Of a stretch of 32,000 nt of DNA, positions 15,246-25,000 are shown in pieces (the stretch's first letter is position 1; the number at the start of each line of letters is the position of its first letter). Both the position numbers and the translations under genes were made by a program. Source of the stretch: Telmatocola sphagniphila (GTDB taxonomy: Bacteria > Planctomycetota > Planctomycetia > Gemmatales > Gemmataceae); assembly GCF_018398935.1 (NCBI RefSeq), contig NZ_CP074694.1:1560001-1592000 (forward strand), written 5' to 3'. A model generated the notes under the pieces. That model ran no database searches and was not told the DNA's origin. It saw only the letters and a list, made by a program, of their open reading frames with translations.

Positions 15246-15302
15246 ATTGGGCAGGTAAAAAGGATGCGGGGTCAAGGAGGGCAATTTCCGATTATTCACT
15301 GA

Positions 15303-17612
15303 GTGGGTCTAATGACCGAAGTGATGCGCGAGTTCATTCTCGAAACTTTCGAGAATCTGGCACAACTCGACACCAATCTGATCGCGCTGGAGAAATCGCC
15401 AGGCGATCGTTCGACGCTAGCCAGTGTTTTTCGAACCCTGCATAGCATTAAGGGATCCGCCGGCTTCGTCGGATTGCCGAAGTTGCAGGCGATCTCTCAT
15501 GCGGCAGAAAATCTCCTCAGCCGACTCCGATCCGGAGAATTGAAATTCAATCGCCCAATTGCCACCACTCTGCTGGCAGTGGTCGACGCCATCCGACAGA
15601 TTATTTCGTCCATCGAACGGGATCAAACGGAGGGAACCGGCGATTACGCGCATTTGATCGGCGAACTCGATCGGCTTCGAGAAACGGGTGGCACCGTTTC
15701 CCCTGGCCTGGAAACCGAGACGGCTAAAATCCCGTCAGCAGCTCCGACAACTATAATTGCATCCGAGCCAATTTTCGCCGAAGCTGTAGCACATCCTGCT
15801 CCTCCGATTACAGAGTTCTCAGACAATGCATCAACCGGGCCGATTGTTCCCCTCGCGCCCCTCGTTGAGGAAGTGCCGCTCGCCGAAGCCAATTTAGAAG
15901 CGGAAAATACTCCCAAAAATCACGCGACGGTCGCCGACACAACCATTCGCGTCGATGTGGGATTACTCGACAAGCTCATGAATCTGGTCGGTGAACTCGT
16001 ACTGGCTCGCAATCAGATCGTTCAACACAGCAGTGATAATTCGGATCGTGGATTCGTCGGAACGGTTCAGCGCCTCAACCTGCTCACCAGCGAATTGCAG
16101 GCCGGGGTGATGAAGACTCGCATGCAGCCGATCTCCACACTCTGGAGTAAATTCCCTCGCGTGGTTCGAGATCTCGCCGTCGCCTGTGGGAAGAAAGTCC
16201 AGTTAGACATGGAAGGTCAGGGAACGGAACTCGACAAGACTATCCTCGAGGCCATCCGAGATCCTCTCACCCATCTCGTGCGGAATTCGGTCGATCATGG
16301 AATTGAAGCTCCCGAACTCCGGCGCTCCAAAGGAAAATCTCCCGAGGGGCGACTGGTACTTCATGCCTTTCACGAAAGCAGCAAAGTCGTAGTCGAAATT
16401 CGGGATGACGGCGGCGGCATTGATCCCGCCAGAGTACGGGATAAAGCTGTTCGTTCCAAGATTATTACTCCGGAAGAGGCCGCCCGGTTGACCGATCGTG
16501 AAGCGGTAAACCTGATCTTTATGCCCGGATTCAGTACCACCGAGCAGATCACGCAGTTTTCCGGTCGCGGGGTGGGGATGGATGTCGTCCGCACCAATGT
16601 GGAAAAGATAGGCGGCACCGTCGATGTCGATAGTCAGGTCGGTTTAGGTACTACCGTCCGAATGAAGATACCGCTTACATTGGCCATTATCCCTGCCCTT
16701 TCCATAACCTGCGCGGGAGAGAGGTACTGCATTCCTCAGGTGAACCTATTGGAACTGGTTCGGATTGAGGGAGACCAGGTCGCGCGAAAGATTGAAAAGA
16801 TTCACGGTACGCCGGTATTTCGTCTTCGCGGCAACCTGTTGCCCATTGTTTTTTTGCAGGAACAGCTCAAGCTGAGTGCGTGCCGACCAGAGGGATCGGA
16901 TCTATTCATCGTTGTCCTGCAGGTAGAGGACCGACAGCTGGGTTTAGTCGTCGACGCGATCCACGACACCGAAGAAATCGTGGTGAAGCCCCTTCAGAAA
17001 CAGCACAAGTCGATCAGTGTGTTTGCCGGTGCGACCATTATGGGGGATGGTCGGGTTGCTTTGATTCTCGATGTCATGGGTATAGCCGTGAGATCGGGTG
17101 TGCTCTCCGGTCGTCGCGGACGATCCGTCGGAGACGCCAATACAAAATCGGCTTCGGGAGTTCAAACAGTCCCGGTACTCGTCTTCGCGACTTTCGACGA
17201 CAATCGGATGGCCATTCCCCTACCGGCAGTTGCCCGACTGGAAGAATTTAGCATTGCCAATTTTGAAAAAGCCGGGTCGCGTCAGATGATCCAGTATCGA
17301 GGAGAAATCCTGCCACTTCTGGATATTTCACAAGAACTCCGACAGTTCGATTCTCTGGGTCAAAGACCCTCTATTCAGGATGTGACCTACAGCGAACACT
17401 TCAAGAATCGCGAATCGACACCCGTCGTTGTTTGTACCGAGGATGGACAAAATGTCGGCCTGATCGTGGATCGCATTATTGATATTGTCGATGAAGAACG
17501 CACCTCCCAGGCGCGATCTACTCGTCCAGGGATTCTCTTCAACGCAGTTGTTCAGGGCCGGGTTACTGAATTCCCGGATATCTCGGCAATAATCCGATCT
17601 CTGAAAGCATAG
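15303..17612 (+). CDS. cheA: Chemotaxis histidine kinase CheA (Hpt - dimerisation - HATPase - two CheW-like domains)
   Basis: The Hpt motif is FRTLHSIKGSAG. The dimerisation region is TIRVDVGLLDKLMNLVGELVLARNQ. The N, G1 and G2 boxes are HLVRNSVDHGIE, IRDDGGGID and GRGVGMDVV. Two CheW-like segments follow. The start is either GTG 15303 or ATG 15312; TGA at 15300 closes the frame upstream. Confidence 0.93.
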   Translation: MGLMTEVMREFILETFENLAQLDTNLIALEKSPGDRSTLASVFRTLHSIKGSAGFVGLPKLQAISHAAENLLSRLRSGELKFNRPIATTLLAVVDAIRQIISSIERDQTEGTGDYAHLIGELDRLRETGGTVSPGLETETAKIPSAAPTTIIASEPIFAEAVAHPAPPITEFSDNASTGPIVPLAPLVEEVPLAEANLEAENTPKNHATVADTTIRVDVGLLDKLMNLVGELVLARNQIVQHSSDNSDRGFVGTVQRLNLLTSELQAGVMKTRMQPISTLWSKFPRVVRDLAVACGKKVQLDMEGQGTELDKTILEAIRDPLTHLVRNSVDHGIEAPELRRSKGKSPEGRLVLHAFHESSKVVVEIRDDGGGIDPARVRDKAVRSKIITPEEAARLTDREAVNLIFMPGFSTTEQITQFSGRGVGMDVVRTNVEKIGGTVDVDSQVGLGTTVRMKIPLTLAIIPALSITCAGERYCIPQVNLLELVRIEGDQVARKIEKIHGTPVFRLRGNLLPIVFLQEQLKLSACRPEGSDLFIVVLQVEDRQLGLVVDAIHDTEEIVVKPLQKQHKSISVFAGATIMGDGRVALILDVMGIAVRSGVLSGRRGRSVGDANTKSASGVQTVPVLVFATFDDNRMAIPLPAVARLEEFSIANFEKAGSRQMIQYRGEILPLLDISQELRQFDSLGQRPSIQDVTYSEHFKNRESTPVVVCTEDGQNVGLIVDRIIDIVDEERTSQARSTRPGILFNAVVQGRVTEFPDISAIIRSLKA

Positions 17613-17633
17613 ATCGAGTGTTTGAATTCATGA

Positions 17634-18104
17634 TTGGATCTAGCGATGGCGGATGAAAGTCAGTTCTGTACTTTTCGAGTCGGGGATCTGTACCTCGGTG
17701 TGGATGTTATGCGCGTGCAGGAAATCATTCGCTACCAGGAAGTGACCCCGGTGCCGCTCGCTCACCCGGTGGTACGTGGATTGATCAACCTTCGCGGGCA
17801 AATCGTAACCGCCATCGATCTCCGACGTCGACTCGACTTGCCCGCCAAGAAAAATGAAGATTCCGAAGTGAATGTTGTGGTTCAGACGGAAGACGGCGCC
17901 ATCAGCTTACTCGTCGACGAAATTGGTGACGTGCTAACAGTTTCCTCCGAAGACTTTGAACGCCCTCCGGAAAGTCTAAGAGAATCCGCTCGCGAGTTGA
18001 TCCGTGGAACGTATAAGCTTCCCGAGAAATTACTTTTGATTTTGGATGTCGAACAAGCTGTCCTGCTTCCAAATGGCTCTAAGGACATCGAACATAAACT
18101 TTAA
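17634..18104 (+). CDS. cheW: Chemotaxis coupling protein CheW
   Basis: ~150 aa with the CheW pattern (FCTFRVGDLYLGVDVMRVQEI...VPLAHPVVRGLINLRGQIVTAIDLRRRL...LLVDEIGDVL). ATG at 17646 is an alternative to the track's TTG at 17634. Confidence 0.9.
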   Translation: MDLAMADESQFCTFRVGDLYLGVDVMRVQEIIRYQEVTPVPLAHPVVRGLINLRGQIVTAIDLRRRLDLPAKKNEDSEVNVVVQTEDGAISLLVDEIGDVLTVSSEDFERPPESLRESARELIRGTYKLPEKLLLILDVEQAVLLPNGSKDIEHKL

Positions 18105-18144
18105 CCCGAAATTCCATTCTTTTTTTGGATTCGATTGAGGCTAT

Positions 18145-20085
18145 ATGAAAGTGAAACCGAGCGTTCCCTCCAGCAAGCGGAACCCCCTGACGGACCTTCT
18201 GATTGCGACTATGACCGATGTACAAGCCAATATTATGGTGGCCGATGCCGCCATGAACATTGTCTTTATTACTCCAATGGCCCTGAAAACGCTTCGCAAC
18301 ATCGAATCTGAATTGCAGCGAGTGTTCCAGATCTCCGTCGATCAGATCGTGGGGTCCTCGATTCACACTTTCCACAAGGATCCTCGACATGTGGAAAGAG
18401 TGTTGAACAGCCACGATCACATGCCGCATCAAGCCGAGTTCAGTTTCGGTAAAGTGACGTTTCGAGCCAAAGTGAACCTGGTTCGACACCCCTCCACGGA
18501 GGATGTGATCGGCTACGTCGTGGCCTGGGAGGATATCACTCTCCAGCAGAGGCTAGACTTGGACTATGCCGGGCAGATATCGGCGATAAGCAAATCGCAA
18601 GCGGTTGTCGAATTCGAAATGGATGGCTCGATCATTACGGCAAACGATAATTTTCTCAATCTGATGGGTTACACTCTCGAAGAGATTCAAGGCAAATCGC
18701 ATTCGATATTCATCGAGGAATCCCATCGATCGAGCCGAGAGTACCAGGAATTTTGGGAAAGGCTGAGGCGGGGCGAATATCAGGCGGCGGAGTACCTGCG
18801 CATTGGCAAAGGCGGGAAAGAAGTCTGGATTCAAGCCTCCTATAACCCCATCCTGGACAAAAAAGGTAAGCCGTTCAAAATCGTCAAATATGCCACCGAT
18901 ATCACTTGCCAGAAAAATCGAGCTTCGGACATGGCCGGGCAAATCGCGGCGATCCGCAAAGCTCAGGCAGTCATCGAATTCAACATCGACGGCACCATCC
19001 TGGATGCCAACGAAAATTTCCTGAATGTGATGGGCTACCGGCTCGAAGATATTCGCGGTAAGCACCATTCCATTTTCGTCGATCCGACCTACTCCAATAG
19101 TGCGGAATATCGCGATTTCTGGGCTGAGTTGGCATCTGGGGAATCAAAAACCGGCCGATATAAACGATTCAACAAGAACTCCAAAGAAATTTGGATTCAA
19201 GGTTCCTACTTCCCGATCTTGGATCTCAAGGGCCGACCCTTCAAAGTCGTTAAATTCTCCAATGACATTACCAACTTGCGGAAGGTCGAAGATTCCCTTC
19301 GCGGTACAGTGCAAACTCTGGCCAGCGCCTCGGAAGAATTAACCGCCGTCAGTCAGCAGATGGCCTCGACAGCTGAAGAAACTTCCGCGCAAGCAAACGT
19401 GGCCTCCGCCGCGGCAGAGCAGGTCAGCCGGAATGTTTCAACGGTAGCTACCGGCACCCAGGAAATGGGAGCCAGCATCAAGGAAATCGCCAAAAGTGCT
19501 AACGAGGCCGCCCGTGTGGCCACATCGGCAGTCGGCATGGCGGAAAAGACAAATCGAACGATCAATAAGCTCGGAGAATCTAGTACGGAGATCGGGAATG
19601 TCATCAAAGTTATCACGTCGATTGCACAGCAGACCAATCTCCTCGCCTTGAATGCAACTATCGAAGCCGCTCGAGCAGGAGAAGCTGGAAAAGGATTTGC
19701 CGTCGTGGCAAACGAAGTGAAAGAACTGGCCAAGCAGACAGCCCGCGCGACGGAGGATATCAGTCGTAAAATTGAAGCAATTCAGGGAGATACGAAACAG
19801 GCCGTCGATGCCATCGGGCAGATCAGTAAAATTATTTTGCAGATCAACGATATCCAAAATACCATTGCCAGCGCTGTCGAAGAACAGACGGCCACCACTG
19901 CAGAGATTAGCCGTAACGTAAGTGAAGCAGCCAAAGGAAGTAGTGAGATCGCTCACAATATCACCGTTGTGGCTCAGGCGGCCCGGGGCACGACCGAAGG
20001 CGCCTCCCATACGCAAAAATCCGCCGATGCACTTACGAAGATGGCCGTCGATTTACAAAAGATCGTCGCCCAGTTGAAGGCTTAG
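18145..20085 (+). CDS. Soluble methyl-accepting chemotaxis protein, PAS-PAS-PAS-MA architecture
   Basis: I can see no TM helix. There are three PAS-like modules (~aa 15-133, 141-256, 262-378). The MCP signalling domain carries the hairpin tip [31 protein letters not shown] and candidate methylation sites ([16 protein letters not shown]). GAGG lies 4 nt upstream of the ATG. Confidence 0.93.
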   Translation: MKVKPSVPSSKRNPLTDLLIATMTDVQANIMVADAAMNIVFITPMALKTLRNIESELQRVFQISVDQIVGSSIHTFHKDPRHVERVLNSHDHMPHQAEFSFGKVTFRAKVNLVRHPSTEDVIGYVVAWEDITLQQRLDLDYAGQISAISKSQAVVEFEMDGSIITANDNFLNLMGYTLEEIQGKSHSIFIEESHRSSREYQEFWERLRRGEYQAAEYLRIGKGGKEVWIQASYNPILDKKGKPFKIVKYATDITCQKNRASDMAGQIAAIRKAQAVIEFNIDGTILDANENFLNVMGYRLEDIRGKHHSIFVDPTYSNSAEYRDFWAELASGESKTGRYKRFNKNSKEIWIQGSYFPILDLKGRPFKVVKFSNDITNLRKVEDSLRGTVQTLASASEELTAVSQQMASTAEETSAQANVASAAAEQVSRNVSTVATGTQEMGASIKEIAKSANEAARVATSAVGMAEKTNRTINKLGESSTEIGNVIKVITSIAQQTNLLALNATIEAARAGEAGKGFAVVANEVKELAKQTARATEDISRKIEAIQGDTKQAVDAIGQISKIILQINDIQNTIASAVEEQTATTAEISRNVSEAAKGSSEIAHNITVVAQAARGTTEGASHTQKSADALTKMAVDLQKIVAQLKA

Positions 20086-20152
20086 TGCTATGAATAGAGT
20101 GCACCGGGCTTGCTTTTAGCCAGGCTTGTGGTGATTCAAAAGGGCTTGGCTG

Positions 20153-21232
20153 ATGCGGAAGATTCGTGTACTCGTTGTGGATGATACCGTCGTAATCCGA
20201 CGGGTGGTCAGCGAGGTACTGAATGAAGATCCGGAAATTGAAGTAGTCGGTGTGGCCGCCAATGGGATTATTGCCTTAGCCAAGATGTCGCATCTGACTC
20301 CCGATTTGGTTATCCTCGATGTTGAAATGCCGGAACTGGATGGCCTGCAAACACTCGCTCAATTGCGGCCAGCTTATCCCAGCACTCCAGTAATCATGTT
20401 CAGTGCCCTTACGGAAGCAGGAGCCAGCGCCACACTGGAAGCTTTAGCACTTGGTGCCACAGATTATTTTCCGAAACCTTCCAGTGTCAACGGTCTGGAG
20501 GAATCTCGAAACGTCATACGCAATCGGTTGATTCCCGCCATTAAATCCCTAGCACGGCTGGAACCGATCGCATCTCGGCCCACTCCAACGGTAGTTTCAA
20601 CAGTCTCATCTGAAGCGAATTCCAATAAGACAGAGCCTTTACCAGAGGTGCAGATTTTAGCCATCGGAGTCTCTACAGGCGGGCCGAACGCCCTTCTGGA
20701 GTTATTTCAGTCTTTCCCCTCCGATTTTCCCGTTCCGATCGTTATCGTTCAGCACATGCCGCCGATGTTCACCAAGATGCTGGCCGAACGGTTGACGACG
20801 AATTCCCGCATTAGAGTCTCCGAAGCGCAACATGGTCATCCGCTGGTGACCGGCCACGCTTTAATCGCGCCAGGAGACTATCACCTGACCCTGCGAAAGA
20901 TGGGACTGAAGGTGTTCGCGGAACTGAATCAAAATCCCCCGGAGAACTCCTGCCGTCCCGCTGTCGATCCTTTGTTCCGGTCCGTGGCGAGTATTTATGG
21001 TTCTGGGGCTTTAGCGCTCGTCCTCACGGGAATGGGACAAGATGGCTTACGGGGGTGCGAGCAGATTCGAGAAACGGGTGGTCAAATTCTGGTTCAGGAT
21101 GAGGCCAGCAGTGTCGTCTGGGGTATGCCGGGTGCCGTCGCAAAGGCTGGTTTGGCGCACAAGGTGTTGCCCCTCTCCTTGTGCGGAACTGAAATTGTGC
21201 AGCGCGTTAAGGCGAGACGAGGCGGTAGATGA
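20153..21232 (+). CDS. cheB: Chemotaxis response regulator protein-glutamate methylesterase CheB
   Basis: N-terminal REC (VLVVDD, ILDVEMPELDG) plus a methylesterase domain with catalytic-triad contexts GVSTGGP, VQHMP and TGMGQDG. Confidence 0.93.
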   Translation: MRKIRVLVVDDTVVIRRVVSEVLNEDPEIEVVGVAANGIIALAKMSHLTPDLVILDVEMPELDGLQTLAQLRPAYPSTPVIMFSALTEAGASATLEALALGATDYFPKPSSVNGLEESRNVIRNRLIPAIKSLARLEPIASRPTPTVVSTVSSEANSNKTEPLPEVQILAIGVSTGGPNALLELFQSFPSDFPVPIVIVQHMPPMFTKMLAERLTTNSRIRVSEAQHGHPLVTGHALIAPGDYHLTLRKMGLKVFAELNQNPPENSCRPAVDPLFRSVASIYGSGALALVLTGMGQDGLRGCEQIRETGGQILVQDEASSVVWGMPGAVAKAGLAHKVLPLSLCGTEIVQRVKARRGGR

Positions 21233-22044
21233 CCGATTCCGCTTTTGAATTCGCTGCTCGACTCCTTAAAGACCGAGCTGCTATCGTTTTAGAGTCAGAA
21301 AAGCTCTATCTACTCGATGCGAGGGTAACGCCGCTAGCTCAAAAACTCGGATTGAAAACGGCAGAGGAGTATATCCTCCGAATCCAGCAGAGCCGCGACG
21401 AAAATCTGATCCAAAATCTCATTGAAGCCATGGTCACTACTGAGACCATGTTCTTTCGGGACACGATTCCATTTACCACGCTTCACAATCAGGTACTTCC
21501 GAACCTCATTCGAGTTCGCTCAGCAGTTCGAAAATTGAACATCTGGTGTGCGGCCTGCTCCAGCGGCCAGGAACCGTACACCATCGCAATCATAATCAAA
21601 GAATATTTCCCCGAGTTGGCCACCTGGTCGATCAATCTGACTGCTACTGACATCTCCCGGGAGATGCTCAAGCGTTCTGTCGATGGCCTCTACACTCAAT
21701 TCGAATTGAATCGCGGTATGCCTCCTTCTTTGATTCCCAAATATTTTCAGCAGGAAGGGAATGCCTGGAGAGTTGTAGAGCCGATTCGACGCATGATTCG
21801 ATTTGAACCACTGAATCTGGCGATGCCTTGGCCGCCCCAGCCGATTTGGGATTTGATTTTTATGAGAAATGTGATGATTTATTTCGATACGGAGACAAAA
21901 AGGATGATCCTGGGTCGAATTCCATCCGTTCTGGCGCAGGATGGTTTTCTGATTCTGGGGGGTGCGGAGACGACCTTCCACCTGGTGGATAATTTTATGC
22001 GAGCGGAACAGTATTCCAGCGGCTACTATCAAGTCGTTCGCTAA
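21229..22044 (+). CDS. cheR: Chemotaxis protein methyltransferase CheR
   Basis: ETMFFRD followed by the SAM-binding IWCAACSSGQEPYTIAI and LIFMRNVMIYFD. Its ATG overlaps the cheB stop (ATGA, 21229-21232). Confidence 0.93.
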   Translation: MTDSAFEFAARLLKDRAAIVLESEKLYLLDARVTPLAQKLGLKTAEEYILRIQQSRDENLIQNLIEAMVTTETMFFRDTIPFTTLHNQVLPNLIRVRSAVRKLNIWCAACSSGQEPYTIAIIIKEYFPELATWSINLTATDISREMLKRSVDGLYTQFELNRGMPPSLIPKYFQQEGNAWRVVEPIRRMIRFEPLNLAMPWPPQPIWDLIFMRNVMIYFDTETKRMILGRIPSVLAQDGFLILGGAETTFHLVDNFMRAEQYSSGYYQVVR

Positions 22045-22049
22045 CCCAA

Positions 22050-25000
22050 TCAGCGATTTTCGATGGGCACCTCGCAGAATGTCAGTGCTGCGATGCCGTT
22101 AGTACCTTTCAGTAGAGTCTTCTGGCTCCAGGATTTACTGTCGAGGTAAGTAATGTTTCTGGGGGGAGATGGAGATTTCACTTTCAATACGATCTGCGAT
22201 CCCTTGGCCTCTCCGGCCAGGACTTTGCCCGCTTCTCCCTCCAGGTAGAATTGATTGACCAGGGAAGCCTCCCACTGTATGGGCTGATCGAACTCCAGTA
22301 TCAATTCTTCGGGTGTGCTTCCACGCATCACGCGTTGAAGGTTCGCTGCCGAAATGGCTTGTGGAAACTTCTTGCCATAAAGATCACGCTCCATCAGTGG
22401 GAACAGCAAGCGAGCAAACTCGGCATAACCCGCGGCTGGAAAATGACATCCCCCAGGTGGGTCGATTCCCAATGTTGATTGGACAGAAAGATTTGAGAAG
22501 GCCGATTTCAGTTGCCTCTGAACTTCGCGAAGTCGATTATCCGAGCCATTGATTCCCATGGAGCACGACTTGGGCCAGATTTGAAACAGATAATAGTTCT
22601 GAATGTTCGGATAATCTTCTTTCCACGCACCCGCCAGATTTATGAAGAGCGACCGGTAATTTTCCCAGCCATATTCACCCGTCGGACCATCGGCTCCCTG
22701 GTCATTTTCCCCCTGATGCCAGATGACTGCCCGGATTCCGTGCGTCAGATGGGCTTTTTTGACTCTCCATAACAAACGGCCGTAGAGCGTCGTGAGATTC
22801 TCCGGATTTTTCGCATCCCGCTGATGCTGATCGATTCGGGTTCCACCTACCGCACCGTTGATCAAGAAAACCGGCACCTTTTCAGCTTCCACTAGTCGGC
22901 GACCAAGTTCCATACCCCAATAACCGATTTGAAGCTTTTCGGCATCTCGACTCCGATGAACCGCCCTACCCCATACTGCGACCGGTTCGGGACTTCCCGA
23001 CATGCTGCCGAACGTTCGTATCCAGTCACTGGTGTAGGTCGGTTCTTCCTTGCCAAAGTCGGTCGCCACGGCATTCGACTGCCCCATGATGATAAAGGCA
23101 TCGCCACAGACGATATTGTTGACGGATTCGAGTGTTTTTGATTGGTCCTGGTTTTGGATGCCCAGATCCACTCGGTACTTCACCAAGCCCGCGGGCAATT
23201 TCACAGTGAATGCATAACGATTCTCGCCATTTGGTTTCTGGTTCAGAGTCTCGATCAGGCGATCCTCCGCATACAGCTTTAAAAAGACCGATTCCGCCGA
23301 TTCGGTGAGCTTGCCGTTATAGAACAGAGTTCCCTCATTATTAGGGTTACGAGCATAGAATTGTCCGTTCATAGGCTTCTCTTCCAAATCCGATTTGCGA
23401 TCGATCCAGGCATCCTGTTTCGGTTCCTTCACGGTAATTTGGATAGATTCGCTGGTTTCGGGGCCGCCGTTGTCGAGGGCCAGGTTGATATTAACCACGC
23501 CACTATTATGAGCCCGTTTCAGGATCAAGCGATCGGATCGGATTTCGTGTGTTGTCGCGATGCCGGATACCGTCCAGCGATAGTTCAATTTGTTGGCCCC
23601 GGCTGTTTCCATCGCTAGTGAATTTTGAATATTGGCAACAACTTCGATGCGATCACGGCCATTCCAGTTCGCCACCGACTGAAGTTGAAAGACCGGTTCT
23701 GGAGTTGCTTCCTGAACCTTGACGGGAATTGAAATCGTTTTGATCTGATCAGGATAAATCGCCTTCAATTCCCATTGGAAAGCTGCATCCCCGCGCACGC
23801 GGCCGGCTACGAAAGGAAGTTCGAAACGATCTGTGGCAACTACCCGTTCTTTACCGTTCCGTTTCTCGATCCAGATCAGTTTCTGTGCGCCGCCGGCCTC
23901 AACCCGGATGTTCGCCGTTGTTCCTTCCTGAACATGAATTTCATTGGGAAATACCCTAAACACATTACCTGATTGAACGATGGGACCTACGAGAGTCTGC
24001 GTCGGTTTCTGGTTCTCGTACTGGAGATAAATCCAGTCGGCGGATCGGGCAACCCTCGAGATTCGAACTTCATCGATGGCTCCGACATAATCGTAATTGT
24101 GATACCAGCCGCCAATCCAAAAACGGGAGGGATTTTTTATGTCCAGACGTGGCGAGGAACTGCCTTCCAGCCTTCCATTCAGGTAAATCTTGCCTTGACC
24201 TTTTTCGTACGTGTGAACAACGTGAGTCCATTCCCCCAAGGGGATTTTTGTGTCGCTGTTGACATCCGAAAAATCGCTATCGATATGAAGATGGGGCGGA
24301 CTGCGAAGTTGCATGCGAATTTTGCTGCCCCGTCCTCCGCCTTCATTACCCCAGCCGATAATCGTGGAGTTGGATTTCTCCGGTCGAAACCAAGCTTCAG
24401 TGCTTTGAGAAGAGGATCCGCTGGGATAGGTCGTAATTTTTTCACCTCCGAACAATCCCTGCTGTCCAGAGAAGTATCTGGCGGAACCGATCACACCCGG
24501 AGTCGAACGGGTTCCGGTATCTTTAAGTTTCAAAGTGCAAGCTTCGTCAATCAACGACTCGTCCATGTGCCAGACGCTGACGTAGCCATTACTGGCGTTG
24601 AAAACGGCGGAGCCGTTCGATTCATTTTTGGCATCCGGCTTACCCCAGTAGATTTTGATCTCCTGTCTGACCTGTCCCCGAATTTCTGGAATGCGTACCC
24701 AGATTTGAGCAAGACCCTCTTTGGGATTCCATTCTTCGATTTGATATGCCAGAATCTGACCCGAACTTGTGCTGAATCGCAAATCCTCGCCTTTGGGATG
24801 AGCCTGTTGGAAATCAAAAAAGCTCTTATGCAATCGCACTAAAAGCGGGAACTCTTTCACAGAAGTGGTAACCGGCAGGTTGGCACCTTCGGCGGTAGTG
24901 AGCAGATATATCGATCCGGAATGTTTCCAGGTGGAATACTGAGCCCAGCCGAAATTTGCAAAAACGAGTATGTAAAAGAGAGCGAGTAGAATGAAACGTG

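Noticed and set aside
18079-20016. Minus-strand ORFs of 136, 171, 126 and 192 aa inside the cheW-MCP region
   Set aside because: They are antisense shadows of the Ala/Glu/Thr-rich MCP coding frame; the 192-aa ORF is exactly codon-aligned. Their products look like reverse-complement artefacts (Ala/Ser/Phe-rich), and the sense frame carries unmistakable PAS and MCP motifs.
23973-24842. 289-aa plus-strand ORF, strikingly long for a moderate-GC genome
   Set aside because: It is exactly codon-aligned antisense to the LamG region of the 1008-aa gene, so its length only reflects the rarity of TTA, CTA and TCA codons there. It has no RBS and no recognisable domain, and the opposite strand has strong domain signatures.
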